A stretch of DNA of 63,978 bases, filler included, from Saprolegnia diclina VS20 (taxonomy: Eukaryota): NCBI RefSeq assembly GCF_000281045.1. It is 6 parts of one record of this genome, joined end to end, with 100 filler letters (N's around TTAATTAATTAA, not from the genome) between each part and the next. Parts side by side here need not be neighbours in the genome. Positions count along the whole stretch, not along the records: positions 31,906 to 46,611 come from NW_008246078.1; 5 more parts are not named here. The stretch is one strand, 5' to 3'. Position 1 is the first letter of the stretch; every line of letters starts with the position of its first letter. Under the pieces are notes generated by a model. That model ran no database searches. It saw only the letters and a program-made list of their open reading frames with translations, and was not told the DNA's origin. Shown piece after piece: positions 32,554-45,338 of the stretch. A program made the translations under genes and the position numbers.

Positions 32554-35500
32554 ATGGTAATGTCTATGAGCCTTCGTGACGACGACGACGCCGCGCCGTA
32601 GGACGCCACCACAAGCTCTCTCCTCGACCAGGCCCATGACGGCGACGCGTCGGCCCTCGCCTCGCTCCTCGCCGACGTCAAGCTCCACGGCCTCACGCCC
32701 GAGGTGCTGGCGCTTGCCGGCACGACGACGAGGCTACGTGTATATCCCTAGGTCGCGGGACCATCCCTCCTTGTCCTCGCAGCCCGCGCCGGGGACCTCG
32801 AAGCCGTCGATAGCTTGCTGGCGGTTGGTCTTGATGTCAACGCGATCGTGGCCCAGGTATGCTCGGATGCATATTCTCATGTGCTTATACTTGCGACGTA
32901 GGACACGACACCCCTCATCACAGCAGTGCAAAGCGGGCACACTGAGATTGTGCGATCGCTCTTACGTCACGGCGCCAGCCCGAATGTGGCGCCGCCCGTA
33001 CGACGACTCGTTTCGTTGGCGCCCAACTCACGCTCGGGTAGAGCGGTGTCACAGCACTCCAAGAGGCCTGTCGGCACGGTCTCCCCGCCATTGCGACGGC
33101 ATTGCTCGAGCATGGCGCCGACACGGAAGCCAGTGCCGACGTCCGTACACGCCATTGAACTGCCCGCATTTCATCAAATATGTGTAGGACGATGGCGTCA
33201 CGGCGCTCTGCTACGTCTTTGACGCCAACGACGTCGAGAGTGCGCGCGTGTTGCATGCGTTTCACGCCAGCGCCAACGTTACGCTCTACGTAATCCTTTG
33301 CTATATGATTGTCTTTGGATCTGTAGACGGGTCACGCGTAGGGAATGCCGCTCTTTCTACTGGCCGTCGATGTGCACTCGGTCGACTTTACCACATTGCT
33401 CGTTGAAACCTACCAAGTTGATGTTGATCAAGTCGATCGGGTATACCTCACTATGTGGCATCGAGTGACCCTACCGTGATAGAACGGCAACACGGCGCTC
33501 ATGCTCGCCACGCGCCGCGGCTGGGACGACCTTGTCACGTACCTGGCGCCGCGCTGCAATGTCAACGCCGTCGCTGCGGTAGGTGGCTCATACATGGCTT
33601 TCATCGTCAAAAACAATTCAATAGCACGGGTATTCGGCGGTTGCGATTGCTGCAGCGGCCGGCAACCTCAGCCTTGTCCACGCGCTCTACTCGGTGGGCG
33701 CGAACCTCGCGCCGTCCAAGCCCGTATGTATCGTATGCACTTGACGCGGTTGATGGACGTTGTAATAGGAGCACGAAGCCCCTCTCGAGGCCGCTTGCGC
33801 CCAAGGTCATTTGGACGTCGTCCGCTTCCTCGTCCAGCACGTCAACGATGTCGACCGTGTCAACGCCGTGCGTGCTTGAGATGCATATATAGCAGTATTA
33901 GGTTTATAAATGGGATTTGGAATAGGAAGGCACGACGGCGCTGTATGCAGCTGTCGCACATGGTGCCGCAGACATTGTCGCGTGCTTGCTACCGCGCGCC
34001 AACGTCGACCGCGTGCTTTCGGTCCTCGGGATCACCGCCATTCGTTCTGACATCTCCGTGTAGACCGGAGCGACCTATTTGTGTGCAGCCGCCTTTGATG
34101 GTCACACGGCGATCGTCGAGCAGCTGCTTGCGAGCGGCGCCGACCCGAGCCTTCCAGATGGGGTACGTATTTTTTGTTAAAAATTGCCCAACAATACACG
34201 ACAACGTGTCGGTGGTGTAGGAAGGCAACACACCGCTTTTACATGCTGTCGCCCAGCACCACGTCGAGATTGTCGCGCTCCTTTTGCCCGTGCTCGACGT
34301 CGCTACCGTCAACATGCGCAACCGCGTACGAACCCTACCCCGCTTGAGAACCCTAACCCTCATTTTCATTTCGGGGTAGATTGGCGAGACGGCCGTGTTT
34401 CGTGCCCGGTCGAGCGCGGTGCTGCGACAGCTTTTGGCCGCGGGGGCCAATCCGCTGCTGTCGCGCTATGTACGTACCGCGTGTCTGCAGAAGCATCGAA
34501 AATGACTGCATAGGACGGCTGCTCGGTGCTTGGAAAAGCCATCACGCTCAAGAAGCCCAACATGGTGACGCTGCTTGTGCCCCTCGTCGACGTCAACGCA
34601 CCGATCAAGCGCACGACGGCCTTGCGCTTGGCGGTTGAAACGCGGGATGAAGTTGTTGTCGCCCGGCTCCTCGATGCCGGCGCCAACGTCGATCAAGCTG
34701 CCGAGGTATTCCTTGCGATCCGCCATGTATCCCGTCTAACGTGATGGCAAGAATGGACGCACGGCGCTGCATCTCGCGGCACAGCTGGGCCCGGCAACGA
34801 TGATGGAACGACTGCTTGCCCATACACAGTGCATTGACCAGACCTTCCCCGTACGAGCTCGCTGCGCGTCTGAAAATACGATGGATGGGACGTTTAGGGG
34901 GGCTCTACAGCCTTGTCGACTGCCATCGAGTTTGGCTCGCTCGATGTCATTCAGGCACTGCTTCGCCATGGCGCCAACGTCCACCATGTGAACGAGGTCC
35001 CTTTCCTGGAGCGAGCATGGTGGACTTGTGGCTTATCATTTTGATTGCATAGCACGGCGTGAGTGTTTTGCAGCTGGCCTGCGCCGTGGGCCGCCCCGAT
35101 GTCGTACAGATCCTCTTGGGCGCAGGCGCTGACCTTGACGCCCATGACGCGGTACCCATTTTTACCTTATTTATTCACAATTTCACAACTTGACTATAGA
35201 ACGGCTGGAACTGCTTCATCATGGCGGTCGACAAGGGTCAAGTCGACGTCGTGCGGCATCTCTTGCCACTCGTCAATTCGAATGAAGAGGTAGACACTGC
35301 ACCTTACCCGACTCTGCGTTGAGCGCATCGTAGATTGTGTCTTCGTTTGCCCCCCGATTGGTGGCCTGCGATGGCGCCACGCCCAAGTTCTTTACGGTAT
35401 ACCAATGACAATATTCGTACACTCTTTGATGGACTGACGACCGCGTCTCTAGAACGGCTTCCGAGCGATTCACATTGCGTACGATGACCACGATGACCCG

Positions 35501-35986
35501 AGCATGTTGCGAGCGCTCATGGAGTCGCCCGCGCTCGAGATCAACGCCACAGATGCGGTATGTCAACATATGCAACTGACTGCAAAATGCCCATGCACGG
35601 TGACACAGCGACATGGTCTCTCGGCATTGCATTGCGCGTGTGCCATGGGTCTCATTTCGTCTGTCGGTCAGCTCCTCACGCATGCACACATTGACGTCAA
35701 CCTGCAAGACAAGGTCCGGCGCGATTGAAACCGCCACTTGACATATAATGACTAGGAAGGCAACGCGGCGCTGCATTACGCGACTGTAAATGGTCATAGC
35801 AAGATCGTTGAGCTGCTAATCGATGTCAAAGGACCGTCCATTGATGCTTCGATGCCCAACCAGGTACGACGGAGCCAAGGTCCACGCCATAGCGAGCGAT
35901 TTTGACATGTGTAGAGTGGGAAGACGGCGCTGATGCTTGCCGAGGACGAGGGACACGACACCATCGTCGCGCTGTTGCGCCAATGA
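32554..35986 (+). CDS. Large ankyrin-repeat protein, about 23 exons and about 22 repeats
   Basis: ATG-only first coding exon (32554-32556); exons of about 96-105 nt each encoding G.T(P/A)L..A...G...(I/V)V..LL; stop at 35984-35986. Confidence 0.85.
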
Positions 35987-36597
35987 CCGATTCGTATTCA
36001 AACTGGACGGACAGCACTGCATATATAAATATAAAATCGCGTTTGAGCATTACACGTGATAGGGATAGGGTCCATACATCAAACCGTTGAATATGCAGCT
36101 CATCGCAAGCCACAGCTCCTCCGTAGCCATAAGAACTTGCACGCCTTTGATGGCCGCGTGCGTTGGTACACAGCCTCTCTCTAGCTCGAGAATGCGCCCA
36201 GAAAATATCACTGCGATTTGAGAAGGGTGCGATTTCGGATCGACAAGCCCCACGCGTGCCAAAGCAGTGCTTTGCGAAAATGAAACAAATATTGGAAAAT
36301 GCTGGGAATATTTTCTACGGCCCACTACAAGTCGCTAGCGATGGACAGAGGTTCCACGTGCTGATTTGCGGCATCCCTGGGCACCAAGTGTTTTTTCAAT
36401 GAATTGATTTGAATAAAATGGCATTTTCAAAACTGCGCTCGATGCACACATTCCACAACACTGGGATCATTTCAGTGGCCAACGGCTCGTGTGTCTTGCA
36501 TTATGAAGGAACACGCGACCAGTTTCGGGCGAAATGCGAGGTACACATATGCACATGCCATTCTTGCCATTCGTCAAAAGATTTTCTTATCTGCCTC

Positions 36598-38212
36598 CTA
36601 GTTTGGCGCGGGCAGTCCCATGACACGTGCCAGCCCGCGGTGCACTTGCACTTGCCAAAGCCCCCCGTCACAACGCTCGCCGTCGGCCATGAGCAGGTTC
36701 TCTGCCGGCGTCTCGAGCTGAAAGGCCCTAAAATATATTGACAACACAGTGATATAAACATTCGAGCGTGTACCGCGTCTTGATGACTTGGACGGTCGGT
36801 TGATGGACGTGCTGGCCCTTCTCGATGCCGAGCATCATGCTCGCATACTCGGTGCGCGACGCCTTGCCTTGCATGAGCACAATGTGAAAGTAGCCGTCGT
36901 CGAGGCGCGCAGTGGGCGCGATCTTGGCGTCGTTGGCCGCGTGCGACACGTTCATAGCCCAAAAGAGACTCATGTCGCCTTCGAGGGTCACCCACTCCGA
37001 GGGCACGGGCTCGCCAACAGCCGGCAAGAGCGCCGGTGCAACGTCCGCGTCGGCATACGGGATGTCATCTTCGTCCCTGCTCGGGAGGTATGAGAGCTTG
37101 CCGTGCCAGCTCTTGGACGCCAACAGCTTGACGATCGTCCCGACGAAAAACCGTTGGGCGCCAAAGAAGCGGTACTTTTCGCTGTCGTGGTCGATCTCGG
37201 CCATGAAGCCCCACGTGAGCGAGAGCAAGAGGTAGCTCGTCGTCGTCGCATTGCCTAGTACATATTACGTCATCAAATTTGACAGAAATGTGGCGGCAGC
37301 ATACGCATGGTGGCCACGTCAAGGGGCTGCGGGGAGCCTTTGGCCGCGAGATACGTGGCACTCTCTGGCGTGCAGAGCTCGTTGGCGTCGTCGCAAATCG
37401 ACTTGGCCAAGCCGTTGCCGGTACCGGCCGGCAGGATGGCGAGTGGCAGCTGGATCGCAGTCGCCCAGTCCTGACGGGCCATCAAGCCTTGGACAACTAG
37501 AAAGCAAGGCGCGATATGGACGCGATTCCGTAACCAATGCATTGCGCTGTACCTTCGTAGACAAAGCCGTCGCCGCCGACGACGACAAGGCAGTCGTAGC
37601 TTGATACGTCGAGGGTGCGTGCCACGTCCGTGGCGTGTTTCGGGCGGTCGGTCACGATCTTCTCGACGCGAATGTTGGCGAGGCCCAAGATGGCTTCGAC
37701 CTTTTCGTAGATCTTCTCGCCCTTGCCCGTGCCGCCGACGGGGTTGATGAGCACAAGGAACGTCTACTTGGTCAGGAGCATATCAACATTGTCCTGGACG
37801 AGCATGATAGTCGTACGCGCTGCTTGGGCGGGTGCTGCATAATGGCGTCGAGTGACGGCGCAACGCCACCAAGCGGGCGGCTCGGACTGGCAAAGTACTG
37901 GATGATGCGCACCCACTTGTCGACTTCGAGCTGGTGAATGCCATTGTTGGCCTCGCCGCACGACGTCAAGACGACGTCGCGCAGCTTGCGCTTGCCGTTC
38001 TTGGTCTTTTCGACGACGTGGATGAGCAGTGGGAGGCTGGAGGTCGCGCCAATCGTGTCGTGGCCCGTGCTGGCGCCGAGCACGTCCGCCCAGAGCAGGC
38101 GCAGGACCGGCTTCTTGGCCATCGTGATCTCGAGCGCGTCCGCGGTCGCGGCGACGATGGCAGCATGGCGGCCGAGCGCAAAGGTCTCGCTGCCGCTGCT
38201 GAGGCTGGTCAT
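36598..38212 (-). CDS. Sphingosine kinase (DAGK catalytic family), about 5 exons
   Basis: LINPVGGTGKG, VVVGGDG, LPAGTGNGLAKS, SLTWGFMAEID.DSEKYRFFG..RF, MADGE motifs. Confidence 0.92.
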
Positions 38213-39048
38213 GAGTCCGAGAATGACGTTGATGGCCCTGCTCCTGATTGGCCGTTTGCAACACTCTACGCGTATTTCAGCCAATCAAATGGCAGATTCG
38301 ATGTTGCACATGGCTCACTTTGTAGCATCGGTGCTCACGTCCGCGCAGGTACTCGAGCCGTCTTGTGTATGCCAACGCTGTGTGTACAGCTGCTACGCGA
38401 CCATTTCATAGTCCTTTTGCTATATAATCATGGCGTCTTGCCAGCGCACGGCGACGAGCTACTAGTACGTGCGAGAGCTACGTGCATGCCAATGGTTCTA
38501 CCTCGAGTTGCGAGGTATCCTCGACGCCAATGACGTGCGTGCGGGTTGTGTGGGATTGTGTCAAGAACGTAAAGCATACATGAACTAGGAGCCGACGCAA
38601 AGGTAGCAAAAGGTGACCTCGACATCGCAGTGCAAGCCGTCCACTGATACAATACAAAACCACAGTACAGGGCCACAGCACTAAATTTGAAGGAAAAATC
38701 GACGCCGGATACGCTGCACGAACGATGATGGCCCGATGGAGCTGCCCGATGGGAGGACATGCTTGGCCATGCATCTCTGCCGAAGGTTAACATACCGGTA
38801 CCGTCCTTTCTCACACATCCTTCTCCATCGTTCGTCATTCGACACGCTTCAGCGCTTCCTCGCCGTACACTGCATGCATAGTCGCATGGCTCGTCCAGCT
38901 GGTTCCATGCTTGCGGCCGCTTGCTCACGTCGCCATTTCATCCGGCTGTCCGCCCTAATGGGTTGGCGTTGAGAGCGACCAAGCTTGGCGCCAAATCGCC
39001 AAATCAGCGCCACATAGCCAATGTGACCAATCACGAAGCGTTGCTATC

Positions 39049-39414
39049 ATGAGTTTTAGCCAATCGCTGTGCCAGGATTGGCATGCCCGGTGCGCTGGCC
39101 AGACAAGAAACGACCACCACGCGACGATAAACGACGACGACGACGCCCGAAGCAAGCGCCCGCGCACGACGACCACCGCAGCCGTCGGGCCCGCGCCGCT
39201 GCCAACGACGCTCCCATCGGTCTGCGAGATGCGCAGCTTTGGGTTGCAGGACAAGGCCGAGGCGGTGTCGACGGCGCGGGCGACGTGGGGCGCCGACATG
39301 ACCAAGTGGCGCGAGGCTGCGTTCGAGCACATTGACACCAAGGAGAGCGCACAGCACATTCGCGCCCAGCAGCGCGCGTACCGTCGGCAACTCTTGCAGC
39401 CGCACCGTCCCTAA
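39049..39414 (+). CDS. Hypothetical small protein
   Basis: 121-aa ORF with host-like GC3 codon bias; no recognised domain. Confidence 0.45.
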   Translation: MSFSQSLCQDWHARCAGQTRNDHHATINDDDDARSKRPRTTTTAAVGPAPLPTTLPSVCEMRSFGLQDKAEAVSTARATWGADMTKWREAAFEHIDTKESAQHIRAQQRAYRRQLLQPHRP

Positions 39415-39462
39415 GTTATATGCATCTCGCTGGCAAAACCCATCGTATTGTGTTGTCTGTCT

Positions 39463-40140
39463 CTAGTCGTAGTCGTCGTCGTCGCTGGCGTAGTCAAAGA
39501 CCGACTGCTTGATCGGGCCCTGCTTGGTAGCGGTGTTGGCGTGGCCATTGTCGGTGACCGACTCGGGCGGCGCGCCGTCAAACTTGAGCACCTTCTTGGT
39601 TGACAAAAAGTAGGCAAGAAAGTGAGTCGAAAACTCAGTCGTGCCACCCAGCTCGTCGAGGCCTTCGAGCATGTGCACGACGCTCTTGTTCTTGATGAGC
39701 GCGACGCACGGGATCATCCAAATGCCGAGCTTTTGCACGAGGTAGTCGGCCTTCTCGGCGTTCATGCGGCAAAACTTGGTCTCGAGATGCGACTCGGCGA
39801 GCGCGCGGAGGTGCTTGTCGAGGAGCGGGCAATGCGCGTTCGTCGCCGAGTAGAAGTGCAAGATGACGCACTCGCTCGCCTTGATGACGTCAAAGAACTC
39901 TTGCTGCGTTGAGAGCTCCGTGTACTCGCCATGCCCCGCGTCCTTCCACTTTTGCATCTGCGTCGCGGCCGCCTTGATCTGCTGCAGCCGGCGCTCGCGG
40001 AGCCGGTCCAGATCGTCCTCTTCCATCGTCTCGAGCTGCTTGATCTGCATGTCCAAGCGCGCTTCCTGCGCCTCGAGCGTCTCGAGGACGCGGTCCGAGA
40101 CCGCGCTGAGCATCTGCTGCTGGACCGCGTTGGCGTTCAT
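39463..40140 (-). CDS. TXNDC9: Phosducin-like thioredoxin-domain protein (TXNDC9/PLP3)
   Basis: LRERRLQQIK, GHGEYTEL, VILHFY, LDKHL..LA..HLETKF..NAEK, G.DELGG...FST motifs. Confidence 0.92.
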   Translation of the reverse strand: MNANAVQQQMLSAVSDRVLETLEAQEARLDMQIKQLETMEEDDLDRLRERRLQQIKAAATQMQKWKDAGHGEYTELSTQQEFFDVIKASECVILHFYSATNAHCPLLDKHLRALAESHLETKFCRMNAEKADYLVQKLGIWMIPCVALIKNKSVVHMLEGLDELGGTTEFSTHFLAYFLSTKKVLKFDGAPPESVTDNGHANTATKQGPIKQSVFDYASDDDDYD

Positions 40141-40419
40141 GTCAATGCTGCCACCAAACCAAATCTAGAAGCCCCTTCGTCGAAACGGGTTTAACGCATG
40201 CGTTTTTCGAAAAACGTGAGGGCTTGCTTTTAAATACAAAGTTCAAGTGATTTAAATACGAGGACTGAAATGACACTATAATACGACGATAACCATACAC
40301 TAATTCGTACCGACGCTGCAAAGTGGGGAGGACCTGTACAAGGTAGTCGCTGCGCTTGCACTCGGTAAACGACCATGAGCAAAGCAGCACCAAGTAGTTT
40401 GTCAATGGAATGCAATGCA

Positions 40420-40700
40420 GCATCACTGATACAGGACTACAGCGCTGTCCACGGTGCGATGACCAGCGAGCCCATTTGTTTGTGGCATGTGCCATAAATA
40501 ACTCGATATTGCCAGAAATAGCCACGTTTCGGCGCCCACAGGCGAGCGCAGGTCGCGCGATCGGCCAAATCACGTTTGAAAATGAAATCGCTCGTACTTA
40601 CCACTGTGATAGAAGACACTTCGGAGAGCACGAAATGCTATGTGGCATCGCCGTGCGAGCTCTGCAGGCAGAGAAAATGACAAACGCCCTGCGCTCGATA
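40420..40700 (+). repeat. Dispersed non-coding repeat, second copy (see 23300-23580)
   Basis: Diverged inverted homology to 23300-23580. Confidence 0.75.
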
Positions 40701-41010
40701 TCAACACTATTGAAGTGATGCATTCATAGTATGAACATGAAATACTATACGGCTGCTGCCGCCGAGCGTCGGCTTCAGCTCCTGCGCATCAAGCTGTTCC
40801 TTCGTAAGGCTTGGTTGACGCTGTCGTTGGCAGTGTGATGAGTGCTATCGCCATGGTAGAGCTACTTGCAGTACCCACAACGTCTTGGTGGTCGTTTCTA
40901 TGCCCAGCACCAAGCACCCAACGACTACGACTTACTTGGCTCATGCACGATGCTCGTGCAGTTGATACACAGTCCAAGAGAACGAGTCGACGTGGTATAT
41001 AGTACGTCTC

Positions 41011-41902
41011 TTACAAAGCCTTTTCGTTTTCATAGTCGATGAGACGCTGAATGAGATCGTTCTTCTGGCCCTGGATCGAGAGCCCCCGCTCCTTGAGCTT
41101 GTCCTTCAAGACGTTGGGCTTGAGCGCCTTGATCGCGCGCGCATCCAAGACGTCATCTGTGCATGCGCATGAGACACCACCAACATGTAGGCGTATCGTA
41201 CCGTCATCGACCTTGGAGGTCTTGGACGCCTTCTTCTGCTTGGCCGCCTCGGCTAGCACAGCAATGAGCGCTTATGGCTAGTGTCGCATCTCGACGTACC
41301 TTCTTCCTCTTCCTTCTTGCGGCGCGCCGCGTCTTCTCGCCGCTTGCGCACTTCTTCGAGGCGCGAGAGATCCTTCTTGGCTTCCGCCTACAGGAGCAAG
41401 CGCGATATATAGTTTGGTCATGGCGCTGGACGACGCGTACCGTTTCGCCGGCCAAGTGGCGCTTCATGTAGGCGGCGGCCTTGGCTTCCTTCTCGATGGC
41501 TTCGCGCTCGCGGCGCGTGAGCTGCTGCGGCTCGGCGTCGCCGACCATGTCCTTGGCCTTCATGACCTTGTTGGACGCGTTCTGCAAGTTGGGGTTCTGC
41601 ACTTGGATGAGCGACTGGACACCCTTGGGCTTGGGCGCACGGACAGCCTCGGCGGCCGGCTTCTCTTCCTCGGCCTCTTCAAAGACCACGTCGAGGTCGC
41701 CGTCGGCGCCGCCTTCCTCGTCCGAGCTGCCCTCTTCGTCGTCGTCACGGCGCGCCCGGCGCTTCTCCTGCTTGACTTCCTCGACCTTGTTGCGGGCCTC
41801 CATCTCCTCGAAGCTCGTGACGAACTTGCGGCTCCCGCCCTTGGCCGAGTTGCGCTTGGAGGACTTGGCCTTCTTGGCCGCTGCGTCGCCTTTACCACTC
41901 AT
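41011..41902 (-). CDS. PDAP1: PDAP1/PP28 (28 kDa heat- and acid-stable phosphoprotein) with C-terminal SAP domain, 4 exons
   Basis: KGVQSLIQVQNPN, LTRREREAIEK...YMKRHLAGET.EAKKDLARLEEVRKRR; SAP motif LKPNVLKDKLKERGLSIQGQKNDLIQRL. Confidence 0.85.
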
Positions 41903-42310
41903 GGTCGTAATTGAGATTTGAGCTTGACGCCAACGGGAAAAACCTCTTGAAATGGATCGCGCTCGCCGCCCTGCACCAATGAGCGGCCTCGAAAGACCTC
42001 TCAGAATGCATACTCGTTCGCCGCATATTCCCTTGTCGATGACCCGCACACATTCATTCACAGACAAGTAGTTATTGTCATGTCAACGACAATAATGTCC
42101 ATAACGCGATAGACAAGCCTCTGTTGCATGCAGTATAGCTACTACAGGAAGGGTCCAGAATGGACTCGCCGTCACTTTCCGAAGAAACCAAGTCGTGGCA
42201 TTCACTAAATTCGACTTTATGAAAATGTACACTGTGGTTTCAAAGAACGTTCTTTGTGGAAAGCAAGTCTAATGTTGCCTCGCGTGTTTGCAAGGGCGCC
42301 CAAAGTCGAC

Positions 42311-43045
42311 TTACAAGCCGACAATCTTGGCGCCAGCAGCGAGGTAGACGTCGGTCTCGCGGGTCGCCGCTTGAAACGCAGGCCGCTGTGTTGCGGCGTC
42401 AAGGGCGGCCGCCAGTAGTGGACACGCATATAGCAACTCGACGCGTCGGTACGTGCGCAGAATGAGCGAGAAGCGAAAGAGGTACGGCACAAGAGCAATC
42501 TCGGCCTGGCTCAACCGGTCGCCGAGGAGGTACGGGCCACGGGATCGAAAGGCCGCTGCGTCCTCCTGGTAGATGCGCTCGAGGCCCGCGACGCCGGCGA
42601 ACACTAGGGCCTTGAGCTCGTCGTCTTTGGTCGTGTCCTTGTTGCGAAGAAACGCAAAGATGGACGGGACAATGTCGAATTGGGCGACAACGAGGTTTGC
42701 GAGCGCCGCTGCCGCCGGGTCGTCAGCAACAAAGAGCTTGCCACCGTTGAACTTGGCGTCCAAGTACTGGGCGACAATCATCGACTCATACACGGTGACT
42801 CCGTCGTCGAGCAAGCAGGGCACCGACCGAAACCGGTTGAAATTGGCGATGTAGCTCGCCGGCATGGCGGCGTGAATGGGCACTTCAATGACGCGCGCCA
42901 GCGGCGCCTGCACCTCGGTGGCGGTCCAGAGCGCACGGTGCGCCAACGGACACACCGTGTTGTTGAAGAGCGTGAGGCCACGGCTCGTTTTGAGCGCTTC
43001 GAGCTCGTTGGCCGAGAGGGTATCGTAGTCGATGGACGCCACCAT
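42311..43045 (-). CDS. Cys-type glutathione S-transferase (omega/lambda-like)
   Basis: CPLAHR active site, SVPCL cis-Pro, ESMIVAQYLD, GPYLLGDRLS.AEI. Confidence 0.88.
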   Translation of the reverse strand: MVASIDYDTLSANELEALKTSRGLTLFNNTVCPLAHRALWTATEVQAPLARVIEVPIHAAMPASYIANFNRFRSVPCLLDDGVTVYESMIVAQYLDAKFNGGKLFVADDPAAAALANLVVAQFDIVPSIFAFLRNKDTTKDDELKALVFAGVAGLERIYQEDAAAFRSRGPYLLGDRLSQAEIALVPYLFRFSLILRTYRRVELLYACPLLAAALDAATQRPAFQAATRETDVYLAAGAKIVGL

Positions 43046-43479
43046 AGGAAATTCAAGAGTGGGTGAGTCCTTCCCGATCGAGGGACTGCCAAGTGAGAAC
43101 TCGGGGATGTTCCTTCTGCCACTACGTCTCGACCGTGTTGTCGTAAGCACCGCGGACGGCCACCGCCTGTAGCATCATCCCGCCGAGATCCACGCCCTTC
43201 TATCCGGATCCGGATGACGATGGCGGTGCTGTGAGTGTGCCACGTCATTTTGGGCGATCAAGCGAAACGATGACATGCCTCATATAGAGATGTAGACGCG
43301 TGCGTCCACTAGCACGAACCAACACCATTCTTGCACACACGTCGCAAGGACCACCCAAGCTTTGGCACAGTATCATGATGAACTTTTGTTCTAGTGTCTG
43401 GGCCAATAGCACAAGACATCTATTCGGTTCAGTCGACGCGACGACGGTTATCCACTATCGTACTCTATCGAGCGGCGCG

Positions 43480-44199
43480 CTAGCGGCGCGCTCGGAGTTT
43501 GGTAAACGCGCGCAAGTACATTTCGGGCTCCCGCGTCACGCGCTGAAACGCAGGTCGCGCGGTCGCTGCCGCCAACGCGCCTGCGAGCGCTGGGTGCGAC
43601 GCCAGCAGCTCCGTGTCGTGATAATGCTTGGCAATCAAGTTGAAGCGGAAGAGGAGCGGCAAGATCAAGATCTCGGCGAGGCTGAGCCGGTCCCCGAGCA
43701 AGTACGGCCCGCGGCTGCGGTACACAGCTGCCTCCTCAACATAGACCGTCTCGAGCTGCGACAAGCTCGAATGCATCTTGCGCTGCAGCGCATCCTTCTT
43801 GGACGCGTCAGCGTTGCGGAGGAACGCGAACGTCGGGGCGACATCAAAGACCGCGTTGGCGCGCTGGACGAGCGCCGCGCCGGCGCGGTCGTCGGTGGCG
43901 GCGAGGTGACCGTTGTTGAACGTCGCATCCATGTACATGGCAATGTCAACCGAGTCGTGCATGGGCCGACCATTCGCGAGCAAAAATGGCACCGACCCGT
44001 CGGGATTCAAGTGGCGCAGGTAGCTCATTGGCATACTGTCGAGACTCAACTCGAGCACGCGCACGGGGGCGTCGATTTCCGAGACGGTCCAGAGCGTGCG
44101 GTGCGCCCACGGACATACCAGCGCGACAAAAAGCGTCGTCTCGTTGCGCGACTTGAGTGCCTCGAGCGCCGCTGCCGAGAGCGACGTAAATGCAACCAT
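43480..44199 (-). CDS. Cys-type glutathione S-transferase (omega/lambda-like), tandem paralog
   Basis: CPWAHR, NPDGSVPFL, DSVDIAMYMD, GPYLLGDRLS.AEI. Confidence 0.88.
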   Translation of the reverse strand: MVAFTSLSAAALEALKSRNETTLFVALVCPWAHRTLWTVSEIDAPVRVLELSLDSMPMSYLRHLNPDGSVPFLLANGRPMHDSVDIAMYMDATFNNGHLAATDDRAGAALVQRANAVFDVAPTFAFLRNADASKKDALQRKMHSSLSQLETVYVEEAAVYRSRGPYLLGDRLSLAEILILPLLFRFNLIAKHYHDTELLASHPALAGALAAATARPAFQRVTREPEMYLRAFTKLRARR

Positions 44200-45195
44200 A
44201 GGTAGCTTGCAGCCGCGAGGCATTTTGAACTCTGCTGGTANNNNNNNNNNNNNNNNNNNNNNNNNNNNNNNNNNNNNNNNNNNNNNNNNNNNNNNNNNNN
44301 NNNNNNNNNNNNNNNNNNNNNNNNNNNNNNNNNNNNNNNNNNNNNNNNNNNNNNNNNNNNNNNNNNNNNNNNNNNNNNNNNNNNNNNNNNNNNNNNNNNN
44401 NNNNNNNNNNNNNNNNNNNNNNNNNNNNNNNNNNNNNNNNNNNNNNNNNNNNNNNNNNNNNNNNNNNNNNNNNNNNNNNNNNNNNNNNNNNNNNNNNNNN
44501 NNNNNNNNNNNNNNNNNNNNNNNNNNNNNNNNNNNNNNNNNNNNNNNNNNNNNNNNNNNNNNNNNNNNNNNNNNNNNNNNNNNNNNNNNNNNNNNNNNNN
44601 NNNNNNNNNNNNNNNNNNNNNNNNNNNNNNNNNNNNNNNNNNNNNNNNNNNNNNNNNNNNNNNNNNNNNNNNNNNNNNNNNNNNNNNNNNNNNNNNNNNN
44701 NNNNNNNNNNNNNNNNNNNNNNNNNNNNNNNNNNNNNNNNNNNNNNNNNNNNNNNNNNNNNNNNNNNNNNNNNNNNNNNNNNNNNNNNNNNNNNNNNNNN
44801 NNNNNNNNNNNNNNNNNNNNNNNNNNNNNNNNNNNNNNNNNNNNNNNNNNNNNNNNNNNNNNNNNNNNNNNNNNNNNNNNNNNNNNNNNNNNNNNNNNNN
44901 NNNNNNNNNNNNNNNNNNNNNNNNNNNNNNNNNNNNNNNNNNNNNNNNNNNNNNNNNNNNNNNNNNNNNNNNNNNNNNNNNNNNNNNNNNNNNNNNNNNN
45001 NNNNNNNNNNNNNNNNNNNNNNNNNNNNNNNNNNNNNNNNNNNNNNNNNNNNNNNNNNNNNNNNNNNNNNNNNNNNNNNNNNNNNNNNNNNNNNNNNNNN
45101 NNNNNNNNNNNNNNNNNNNNNNNNNNNNNNNNNNNNNNNNNNNNNNNNNNNNNNNNNNNNNNNNNNNNNNNNNNNNNNNNNNNNNNNNNNNNNNN

Positions 45196-45338
45196 GTCAC
45201 GAGCACGGACGAGACGGGGAAGATGGCAGAAGCACCGGGGTTGTACGAGGTGAGGGAGAGGGCCGAGTCGCCGCAGTAGGTCGTGGCGGACGTGGCGGCG
45301 GCTGCCATCAAGGTGAGCAGAGCAGAGAGAGGGTTCAT
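45196..45338 (-). CDS. N-terminus of a secreted protein, partial (runs into N gap)
   Basis: Signal peptide MNPLSALLTLMAAAATSA; identical inverted copy at 46469-46611. Confidence 0.6.
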
